Below are positions 9,406 to 16,676 of a DNA stretch of 52,385 nt, piece by piece. The position numbers were made by a program, and so were the translations under genes. Source of the DNA: an uncultured Clostridia bacterium (lineage in GTDB: Bacteria; Bacillota; Clostridia; Oscillospirales; Acutalibacteraceae); assembly GCA_944384795.1 (NCBI GenBank), contig CALWUX010000111.1, forward strand, positions 1 through 52,385, written 5' to 3'. Numbering within the stretch: position 1 is the stretch's first letter; each line of letters opens with the position of its first letter. The notes beneath the pieces were generated by a model. The model was not told where the DNA came from. It did no database searches and was given only the letters and a program-made list of their open reading frames with translations.

Positions 9406-10651
9406 GGCAAGTACCTCCTTCGCTTATGAGTTGTTCTTTTATGCGGTCAATGTGTTTTGCGATACCGCTTGCCTGCTTATGGCAGACGCCGCTGGCGGTG
9501 ACGCCGATGACAACGTTGTTGTGCCGGATTACGGCGGGGAAATAAAAGTCGCATAATTCTTTGCGGTGACATACGTTTACGGGAATGCGGTGTGTTTTGC
9601 ATTCCATTGCGATTTTTTCGTTTACGGCGTGGTTGCAGGTGGCGGCCAGCACGATGCTGAAAGAGGCGCAGTCGCCGGTTTGATACGTACGGGAATATAC
9701 AGCGATGTGTTTTTGCGCGGCGTATTGCTTTAATAGATTGGTGCATTGGGGCGCAATGACGGTGATTTGGCAGCCAAAAGGCAGCAGCGCCTGGATACGG
9801 CGCTGGGCGATGGCGCCGCCGCCGACCACCAGGATCCGTTTGTTTTTTATATTGCAGAAAAAAGGAAAATACGGAACCACATCTTTTTCTTTTTTCTCCA
9901 AGGTAAAATTCTGCGTGAGCTTTTGCATGAGCTGTGCAAGGGAATAGCCTGTTTCGACGGTTGGGCGGCCGATTACCACAGGGGTGACATTTGCTTTTTT
10001 TGCCGCTGTCAGCTTTTCGCTCAGCCCACCGTTGCTGCCGGAATCCTTTGTTACCATGTATTTGGCGTCGATTTGCTTTAAAAGCGCCAGATTGAGTTCG
10101 GTGGTAAACGGTCCCTGCATACAAATTAAATGCTTGCCCTGAAAACCCAGCGCGGCGCATTGCTCCACCACGGAGGCCATGGGCAGTACACGGGCGTATA
10201 AACGCTCCCGGAAGTGTTCCACAGCCGTGTAGGCGGCAAGCTCCTTGCTGCCTGTGGTAAGCAGTACCGCGCCGCTGGTCCTGTTTAAGTAGGCAATACA
10301 CTCCTGTGTATTTGCCACAAATACGCAATTGCTGTGTTGGCTGCTTTCTCGCAGTAAGCGTAAATACGGGACAGCCTGACCGGCGCAGGCGGCATGGATG
10401 TTCTGCGTTGCCTGCGCCGCGTAGGGGTGGGTGGCGTCCACAACGCAGTCAAAGGCATGCGCGGAAAGGAAGGCTTCCATTTGCGCGCGGTCCATGCGCT
10501 GCGCGTAAACGGTGACCTGCTCGTTTTGAGGCAACGCTTCTTTGCCATATTCCGTGGCCACACACGCGTGGATATGAATGTGATACTGGCATAACTGTTC
10601 AATCAGCTGACGGCCTTCGGTTGTACCTGCAAATATTAAAATCCGTTTCAC
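9371..10651 (-). CDS. cbiJ: fusion protein: precorrin-6A/cobalt-precorrin-6A reductase (CbiJ) plus a precorrin-2 dehydrogenase (SirC / CysG N-terminal-like) domain
   Basis: 426 aa, GTG start with AAGGAG upstream. Residues 1 to about 250 are CbiJ-like (FAGTTEGR, ATHPYA, LLTTGSKEL, MQGPF, VTKDSGSNGG). Residues from about 265 to 426 carry a Rossmann motif (ILVVGGGAIAQRRIQALL) and CDFYFPAV..VIGVTASG, typical of SirC. The last 35 nt overlap hemC. Confidence 0.85.
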   Translation of the reverse strand: MKRILIFAGTTEGRQLIEQLCQYHIHIHACVATEYGKEALPQNEQVTVYAQRMDRAQMEAFLSAHAFDCVVDATHPYAAQATQNIHAACAGQAVPYLRLLRESSQHSNCVFVANTQECIAYLNRTSGAVLLTTGSKELAAYTAVEHFRERLYARVLPMASVVEQCAALGFQGKHLICMQGPFTTELNLALLKQIDAKYMVTKDSGSNGGLSEKLTAAKKANVTPVVIGRPTVETGYSLAQLMQKLTQNFTLEKKEKDVVPYFPFFCNIKNKRILVVGGGAIAQRRIQALLPFGCQITVIAPQCTNLLKQYAAQKHIAVYSRTYQTGDCASFSIVLAATCNHAVNEKIAMECKTHRIPVNVCHRKELCDFYFPAVIRHNNVVIGVTASGVCHKQASGIAKHIDRIKEQLISEGGTCHAKTHNPHRQP

Positions 10652-10680
10652 AGCGATACTCCTTTTTGGTGATTTAAAAT

Positions 10681-10831
10681 GTGGGGAATGCTATAAGAGG
10701 GATACGGAAAAAATACAGCATTGCTGTATCTCAATGAATTTTATACTGCGGGATAGTGGGGAGCGATATAAGAGAAATACGGCTTTGCCGTATTTCCAAT
10801 GAACTTAATTTTGCTTTGCAAAATTAAGTTC
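10681..10831 (-). repeat. tandem imperfect repeat of about 60-76 nt (units starting 10681 and 10757) carrying three related GC-WTT-GC triloop hairpins
   Basis: GTGGGGAATGCTATAAGAGGGATACGG and GTGGGGAGCGATATAAGAGAAATACGG match at 21 of 27 positions. The palindromes are ATACAGCATTGCTGTAT (10713-10729), ATACGGCTTTGCCGTAT (10777-10793) and GAACTTAATTTTGCTTTGCAAAATTAAGTTC (10801-10831). The last one overlaps the cbiH stop codon. Confidence 0.8.
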
Positions 10832-11549
10832 TATAGCCGCGGGGCGTCACCATTTTCCCCTCCACCACTTTGGTTTGCGAGTTGCCGATATAAACGGTGG
10901 TGAACATATCGGTTTGGGCAGTTGCCAGTTCTTTTAAGGACAATATCATGGACGTTTGCCCTTCTCTGCCGATATGCTTTACATACCCGCATACGGTGTT
11001 CGGCGACTGATGTTCCATGATGATACGGCAGGCTTTTTCTAAATAATCGCTTCGTTTTTTGCTGGAGGGATTATATAAGCAGATGACAAAATCCGCCCGA
11101 GCCGCACTGTGCAGCCGTTCTTCGATTCGTGTCCAGGGGGTGAGCAGGTCGCTTAATGAGATAACAGCAAAATCGTGCATCAGCGGCGCGCCGAGTACCG
11201 CTGCCCCGCTGCAGGCGGCGGTGACGCCGGGAATCACCTCTATTTCGATGGGCGGATATGCCGCGCTTAATTCATAAATCAGGCCGGCCATACCGTAAAC
11301 GCCCGCATCTCCGCTGCATACCATGGAAACGGTTTTGCCTTTGACCGCTTCTTCGATGGCCATGCGGCAGCGGTCAATCTCCTGCTTCATGGGCGTGGAC
11401 AATATCTTTTTGTTTTCTATCCATTGGTTGATCAGCGCAATGTAGACCGTGTATCCCGCGATTACGTCGCTTTGCGCAATGGCGGCCATTGCTTTGGGTG
11501 TGATTTGCGCCGGATCTCCCGGTCCTAATCCAATGACGTATAATTTCAT
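10824..11549 (-). CDS. cbiH: cobalt-factor III / precorrin-3B C17-methyltransferase
   Basis: MKLYVIGLGPGDPAQITPKA shows the tetrapyrrole methylase fold. The ATG at 11549 has AAGGAGAG upstream. The track extension to 11603 overlaps hemA. Confidence 0.9.
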   Translation of the reverse strand: MKLYVIGLGPGDPAQITPKAMAAIAQSDVIAGYTVYIALINQWIENKKILSTPMKQEIDRCRMAIEEAVKGKTVSMVCSGDAGVYGMAGLIYELSAAYPPIEIEVIPGVTAACSGAAVLGAPLMHDFAVISLSDLLTPWTRIEERLHSAARADFVICLYNPSSKKRSDYLEKACRIIMEHQSPNTVCGYVKHIGREGQTSMILSLKELATAQTDMFTTVYIGNSQTKVVEGKMVTPRGYRT

Positions 11550-11559
11550 GGTACTCTCC

Positions 11560-12804
11560 TTATGCTTTGGTGTTTTCGGCCGATTTTGCCAATGCCTCCA
11601 CACAGGTGCGGAAGCCGTCCTGGGTCAGATGCTCCCGCAGGCCGTAGAGCAGCTTTGCGACTGCCTTATCGGCAGCGGCATCTATGGTGTTTTGTACAGC
11701 GATGTGCTGTTTTGCCTGTAAGCGGCAGTCTTTTAAGGATTTTTCTGTGCGTACGTGCACGTCGCGGGCGACGGTTTTGCTGATAGACTGGATTACGGGC
11801 GCCCATTGGCGCAGCGCGTACCAGCGGGCAAATTCTGCCTGGTGTTCCTGTAGGATCTCGTTTGCGCGCTGTATTTGTTCTGCCGCTGCGGCAGACGGCG
11901 GCAGGGAAAGGTCGTCCATATCAAACAGTGAAACGTTTGGCAGCTGTGTAATGGTGCTGTCTATGTCCCTTGGCATGGCAAGGTCGATAAAAACGCGGGG
12001 CTGTTTATCCGTTACAGCGGCCAGTGCCTGCCTTTTTATGGTTTGGTGGGGACTGAGCGTTGCGCTGATGATAACCCGGAACCGGTTGATGTTTTCCATG
12101 CGATTGTCATAGCTGATGATGTGGCAGCCTGCGGGGACCACAGTTTGTTTGCCATGGTGGCTGCGCAGGGTCATGGTGACCTGGCAGCCTTCTTTTTGCA
12201 GCGCTGCCGCAGCCAGACGGCCCATTTCTCCGCTGCCGATGACAAGGCACGGCAGCTGTTCCATGGGCAGGTGCAGTTTTTCTTTTAATAAAGCAACTGC
12301 TCCCAGTGCGACCGTGTGGTCAGCGGTGGTCAGCTTCACTTTGCTTTTGACTTCTTTTGCCGCGGTGACCGCTGTGCGGAACAGCACTTCCAACACTGTG
12401 TCTGCAGTACCGTTTTCCCGCGCGCGGGAAAGGGCGTCCTTTACCTGGGACAAAATCTGATCCTCGCCGAATATTTGGGAATGCATACCGCAGGCAAGCT
12501 GCGGCAGATAGGCGGCGGCGTCTTTGCCGGAGCGCTCTGTAAAAAAGGGCAGGCTGGGATTTACAGGCAGCTGCAGGGCTTTGCAAAGCATAATTGCAGG
12601 AGACAGGGAGGTCAGCCTTTGTTGGGGAGCGGAGACCCACAGCTCTGTGCGGTTGCAGGTGGAAAGCAGAATGCAGCCGTCTAATCGGTATGTATGCCGA
12701 ATCGTCTGCTCCAGCTCCCGGATTTTGGAGGGGATCAGGGAAAAGGCTTCCCGCTGCTCCACGGTTGCTTTTGTGTAATCAATACACGCGGTTTTCAGAT
12801 TCAA
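11560..12804 (-). CDS. hemA: glutamyl-tRNA reductase
   Basis: 414 aa with LSTCNRTELW (catalytic Cys motif) and the NADPH-binding GSGEMG. TTG start with GGAGGG 6 nt upstream; the first 26 nt overlap the cbiG 3' end. Confidence 0.93.
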   Translation of the reverse strand: MNLKTACIDYTKATVEQREAFSLIPSKIRELEQTIRHTYRLDGCILLSTCNRTELWVSAPQQRLTSLSPAIMLCKALQLPVNPSLPFFTERSGKDAAAYLPQLACGMHSQIFGEDQILSQVKDALSRARENGTADTVLEVLFRTAVTAAKEVKSKVKLTTADHTVALGAVALLKEKLHLPMEQLPCLVIGSGEMGRLAAAALQKEGCQVTMTLRSHHGKQTVVPAGCHIISYDNRMENINRFRVIISATLSPHQTIKRQALAAVTDKQPRVFIDLAMPRDIDSTITQLPNVSLFDMDDLSLPPSAAAAEQIQRANEILQEHQAEFARWYALRQWAPVIQSISKTVARDVHVRTEKSLKDCRLQAKQHIAVQNTIDAAADKAVAKLLYGLREHLTQDGFRTCVEALAKSAENTKA

Positions 12805-13825
12805 ATGTAGCCCTCCAGTCCTGCAGCGCCGCCGCGAATGTAACGCCGTCTTTTGATAATTTCGGGACGATCAAAGCGCCCTGCTGTGCGCCCAGTACAC
12901 AGGCCCGTTCGCAAACATTGTCCACCCCTGTGGTTTGCTGTACAAACGCAGAGGAGGAAAACACCCCTTTTGCCCGGGATAACTGACGGGCGGAATAAAA
13001 ACGAACCGGCAGACCGTGCCGCTTGCAGAATTCCAAAAGTCCCGGCTCGTTCTGCTTTAAGTCAATGGAGCATACCTGTTTTATGCTGTGCGGCGAGATG
13101 TTCTCCTGCCGCAGGCAGTCAAGCACAAAGGCTTCGATGGCGTCCGCGCAAACGCCCTGTTTGCACCCAATGCCGATGGACACCAGCTTTGGGATCAGGC
13201 GCAGGGTTTGGGGATAGGGAGTGAAATCCTCATAAACAGAGATTGCCGCGCCCACAGGCGCTGTACCGGACGTAAATCCTGCGGGCAGCTGCGGCAGTAT
13301 AAACCAGTCAGCCGTCATGCCTACGGGTTCACGGCGCAGTAAACGGGCGGAAATCTCTTTTGCGATTTTCATGTCGCTGAGAAACAGGTTATGACGGGCG
13401 GCCCAGCTGTCGATGGAAAACAGGCCGTTGATATCTGTGGCGGTAGTAATGACGGGTGTTGCCTGTACCGCGCGTGCCGCAACCAGCGTCAGCGTGTTGG
13501 CGCTGCCGATGTGGCCGGAAAGCAATGAGATTGCAAATTGTCCCTGTTCGTCCAGCACTACAACGGCGGGGTCTGTGGTTTTGCTTTTTACATGGGGCGC
13601 GACAGCGCGCACGGCAATGCCGCAGGCGCCGATGAATATCAGACCGTCGTAGCATACAAAGGCGCTGCCTGTCCATTGCTGCAAATCGCTTCCATAGGAG
13701 GGGACGGCTGTATCGGCCAGCTTATTTGTGGTAAAAAGTGTGCAGGTATCGCCGGAAAGCTCTTTGGCCAGGCGTAGGCTCAACGCTTTTCCCGCCGCTG
13801 TAAAGCTGATGACCGCCAGCTTCAT
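12779..13825 (-). CDS. cbiG: cobalt-precorrin-5A hydrolase
   Basis: 348 aa, CbiG-like in size and position between cbiF and cbiH (LSGHIGSAN, TTGVDNVCERA). Confidence 0.85.
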   Translation of the reverse strand: MKLAVISFTAAGKALSLRLAKELSGDTCTLFTTNKLADTAVPSYGSDLQQWTGSAFVCYDGLIFIGACGIAVRAVAPHVKSKTTDPAVVVLDEQGQFAISLLSGHIGSANTLTLVAARAVQATPVITTATDINGLFSIDSWAARHNLFLSDMKIAKEISARLLRREPVGMTADWFILPQLPAGFTSGTAPVGAAISVYEDFTPYPQTLRLIPKLVSIGIGCKQGVCADAIEAFVLDCLRQENISPHSIKQVCSIDLKQNEPGLLEFCKRHGLPVRFYSARQLSRAKGVFSSSAFVQQTTGVDNVCERACVLGAQQGALIVPKLSKDGVTFAAALQDWRATFESENRVY

Positions 13826-13845
13826 AGAATATCACCTTCCGTCTG

Positions 13846-14604
13846 TTAAGAATCGGTTCCTTTACGGAACTCGTGGGAAAACGCGGGGTGGTACAGCATG
13901 GAACGGTCGTACGCGTCTCCGAGGCAGTTCCCCACAATGATCAAAGCCGTTTTTGTAATGTTGTGCGTGTTGGCCGTTTGTGCCAGAGAGGCAACAGTGC
14001 AGCGGCATACTTTTTCTTCTTTCCAGGTGGCCTTGTAAACAATGGCCGCCGGCGTATCGGCCGGATAGCCGCCTGCCAGCAGGCGTTCGCTTAGCTGTTC
14101 CAGCATACCTGTGCTTAAAAAAACGACCATGGTCGCCTGATGTGATGCAAGCAGTGCGATTTCCTCTTTTTCCGGCACGGGCGTTCTGCCCGCCATACGG
14201 GTAATGATTACGGACTGGGATACCCCGGGCAGGGTGTATTCCGCGTTCAACGCCGCCGCCGCGCCGCAGAAGGAGCTGACCCCGGGCACGACGTCGTAAG
14301 CAATACTGTATTTGTCCAGCAGATCCATTTGCTCCCGTATGGCGCCGTATACACTGGGGTCTCCCGTGTGCAGGCGTACTGTCATCTGCTGTTCTTTTTC
14401 TGCCTGCCGCATAACGCTGACGACCTCCTCCAGCGTCATGGACGCGCTGTTGTATATACGGCAGGACGGTTTGGTGTACTTTAGCAGCTCCGGATTGACA
14501 AGAGAGCCTGCATAGATCACCACGTCGGCCTGTGTCAGCAGCCGGTGGCCGCGCAGGGTGATCAAATCCGCCGCGCCCGGCCCCGCGCCTACAAAATGGA
14601 TCAT
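13846..14604 (-). CDS. cbiF: cobalt-precorrin-4 C11-methyltransferase
   Basis: MIHFVGAGPGAADLITLRG...HTGDPSVYGA. The ATG at 14604 has GAGGAGG upstream and forms an ATGA overlap with the cbiL stop. Confidence 0.92.
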   Translation of the reverse strand: MIHFVGAGPGAADLITLRGHRLLTQADVVIYAGSLVNPELLKYTKPSCRIYNSASMTLEEVVSVMRQAEKEQQMTVRLHTGDPSVYGAIREQMDLLDKYSIAYDVVPGVSSFCGAAAALNAEYTLPGVSQSVIITRMAGRTPVPEKEEIALLASHQATMVVFLSTGMLEQLSERLLAGGYPADTPAAIVYKATWKEEKVCRCTVASLAQTANTHNITKTALIIVGNCLGDAYDRSMLYHPAFSHEFRKGTDS

Positions 14605-15302
14605 AACGTTTCCTCCTCTTTGCATATGACTACGGAAAAATAGCCGCTTTCATTTGTCGTTGAATCCAAAGACGAAAAGACCTGTTCCTGCTCCATACCG
14701 CAGTTTTGTACCATTTTAGAGTTTTTATAGTGGCCGTATTGCTTTAAAAGTGTTTTGAGCCGTTCCATACTGCGGCCGGTTTTCATAATGACCTTAGTGC
14801 CCTGTATTTGCAGCATTTGCTCTGTACACGGGTAAGAGCCGGGAATGATTAGCAGCGGCTGCTCGGCCTCGGCAAGGCTGACGCCCAATTTGGCGGCTAC
14901 GGCGCAGAAAGAGGGGACGCCGGCAATCATTTGGGCGGTAAAACCCTGTTTTACCACACGCTGGTGAATATACCAGTAGGTAGAATATACAGCGGGGTCG
15001 CCCAAAGTCAGAAAGGCCACGTCTTTGCCTGTTTTTAAAATATCGGTGATCTGCACTGCGATGCCGTCGCGGTTTTTGCTGACGGTTTCTTTGTCTTTTG
15101 TCATGGGAAAATGCAGGGGTAAAATTTCTTTTTGGCGGATATGGGGCACGGCCTGCTCGGCGATGTGCAGCGCTACGCGGCGGCCGCCGCCTGTTTCCGG
15201 CGCCGCAATCACGGGACTTTGCTCTATGATCCTGACGGCTTTGAGCGTCATCAGCTCCGGGTCGCCGGGACCGATGCCCACGCCGTATAAGGTTCCGTTC
15301 AT
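14601..15302 (-). CDS. cbiL: cobalt-factor II / precorrin-2 C20-methyltransferase
   Basis: MNGTLYGVGIGPGDPELMTLKAV...LGDPAVYSTY. The ATG at 15302 forms an ATGA overlap with the cbiD stop. Confidence 0.9.
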   Translation of the reverse strand: MNGTLYGVGIGPGDPELMTLKAVRIIEQSPVIAAPETGGGRRVALHIAEQAVPHIRQKEILPLHFPMTKDKETVSKNRDGIAVQITDILKTGKDVAFLTLGDPAVYSTYWYIHQRVVKQGFTAQMIAGVPSFCAVAAKLGVSLAEAEQPLLIIPGSYPCTEQMLQIQGTKVIMKTGRSMERLKTLLKQYGHYKNSKMVQNCGMEQEQVFSSLDSTTNESGYFSVVICKEEETL

Positions 15303-16444
15303 ATGTTTGTCTCCTTTGCCTGTATGTAATGAGCGCATAACTCCTGCGCCTGCGCGGTTTCTCCCAAATAACCGTGCCGGTTGGAAAACAGGATAGCGCC
15401 TGCTTTTACCTGTTCACCGACACGATGGTTCAGGTGCATTTCTATTTTTTGCAATACGGAAGCCATGACTTGTTTTGTCAGATTGTGTTTTATGAGCAGG
15501 TCTAATGCCTGGTCTGTGGTGATACAATCCATGATGCCGCAAATCAGCCGGCGGTTGGTACAGTGCATGGCTGTATGGGCCGCCAGCAGTTCCATGCGGC
15601 AGTCTGCCGTATGGGAATGGGTATCCATAATGCCGCCTGCAAGTTTGATCAGCTTTCCTATATGACCGACCAATAAGATTTTTTCAAAGCCCAGCTCTGA
15701 CGCTTTGTCCAGTGTTTGGCCGATATAATTGCTGCATTTGACGCTGCGGCTTAAATCCAAATGGATATGCTCCCGGGCAAAATGCTCCCCGTAATTGCCG
15801 GGAGTGAGCAGCAGGTGTTTGGCGCCGCCGGCGGCCAGCATACGCAGTTCAATGAAAATGGATTCCACCAGCGCCTGTTCGCTCATGGGCTCTACAATGC
15901 CGCTGGTGCCTAAAACAGAAAGACCGCCTATGACGCCCAGCTTTGGGTTGAACGTTTTTTGCGCAAGCGCGGCGCCTTTTGGAATAGAAATGGTAACGCG
16001 AAAGCCGCCCGTGTATTCGTGCTCTTCTTTGATTTGCGCCAATTCCCGTTGGATCATTTGGCGGGGTACGCGGTTGATGGCCGCTTCGCCGATAGGCTGT
16101 TCCAGCCCGGCTTTTGTAACGGTGCCTACGCCGGCGCCGCCGCAAATGGCAACAGACGGCGTAGGCTGCATTTCCACAGCCGCGTATACCAGTATGCCGT
16201 TGGTAACGTCCGGGTCGTCTCCGCTGTCTTTTTGCACTGCGCAGGTAACCCGGTTGGGTGTAACCTGTACATCGTGCAGTTTGAGGCTGAGTAAAATACC
16301 TTTTGGCGTCATGAGCTCTATTTGAGAAAGAGGGGTCTGGCGCAGAAGCATAATAGCCGCGGCCTTGGCCGCCGCTGCCGCGCAGGACCCTGTGGTATAT
16401 CCGCAGCGCAGCTTCTGTCTGTTTTTATAAATGTAATGCTCCAT
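15299..16444 (-). CDS. cbiD: cobalt-precorrin-5B (C1)-methyltransferase
   Basis: MEHYIYKNRQKLRCGYTTGSCAAAAAKAA (CbiD signature GYTTGSCAAAA). The ATG at 16444 has AAGGAGG upstream. Confidence 0.93.
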   Translation of the reverse strand: MEHYIYKNRQKLRCGYTTGSCAAAAAKAAAIMLLRQTPLSQIELMTPKGILLSLKLHDVQVTPNRVTCAVQKDSGDDPDVTNGILVYAAVEMQPTPSVAICGGAGVGTVTKAGLEQPIGEAAINRVPRQMIQRELAQIKEEHEYTGGFRVTISIPKGAALAQKTFNPKLGVIGGLSVLGTSGIVEPMSEQALVESIFIELRMLAAGGAKHLLLTPGNYGEHFAREHIHLDLSRSVKCSNYIGQTLDKASELGFEKILLVGHIGKLIKLAGGIMDTHSHTADCRMELLAAHTAMHCTNRRLICGIMDCITTDQALDLLIKHNLTKQVMASVLQKIEMHLNHRVGEQVKAGAILFSNRHGYLGETAQAQELCAHYIQAKETNI

Positions 16445-16478
16445 GCGCGCCTCCTTGTGCAAACTGTGATCGTCGTAT

Positions 16479-16523
16479 AAAAAAGTGCGTATCATTTTTC
16501 GCTGCACTGAAAATGATACGCAC
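16479..16523 (-). terminator. intrinsic terminator forming the expression platform of the cobalamin riboswitch
   Basis: On the minus strand the sequence reads GTGCGTATCATTTT-CAGTGCAGCGA-AAAATGATACGCAC. That is a perfect 14-bp stem followed by TTTTTT, about 35 nt upstream of the cbiD ATG. Confidence 0.8.
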
Positions 16524-16582
16524 CAATAAGCCCGGCTTTCTTCGGGCAATTGTCCTGCATTTCAGTGACGCAAAATACAAGA

Positions 16583-16658
16583 AGCAGGTCGGTAATCCGG
16601 CTGTAACGGCAACGTACTTGCGTGGGAATTTCACCCAGCTTCCCCGAGGGTTCCTGCT
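16583..16658 (-). promoter_or_regulatory. cobalamin riboswitch aptamer (compact form)
   Basis: The minus strand reads AGCAGGAACCCTCGGGGAAGCTGGGTGAAATTCCCACGCAAGTACGTTGCCGTTACAGCCGGATTACCGACCTGCT. It has P1 AGCAGG/CCTGCT, the conserved GGGAA..GGTGAAATTCC core and a B12-box-like AGCCGGATTACCGACCTGC. It sits directly upstream of the cbiD operon. Confidence 0.8.
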
Positions 16659-16676
16659 GAAAATATGCAATTTTTA

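Noticed and set aside
10681-10800. The two direct repeat units considered as a possible mini CRISPR array.
   Set aside because: There are only two imperfect copies, with no regular repeat-spacer periodicity. The repeats differ at several positions, and there are no cas genes or leader. It is better described as a tandem repeat with hairpins.
16660-16675. TTGATA at the cbiK stop considered as a -35 box for an independent riboswitch promoter.
   Set aside because: The only -10-like hexamer (TATTTT) is 9 nt away instead of 16-18 nt, and transcription from there would start inside P1. I therefore treat read-through from cbiK as more likely, but this remains unproven.
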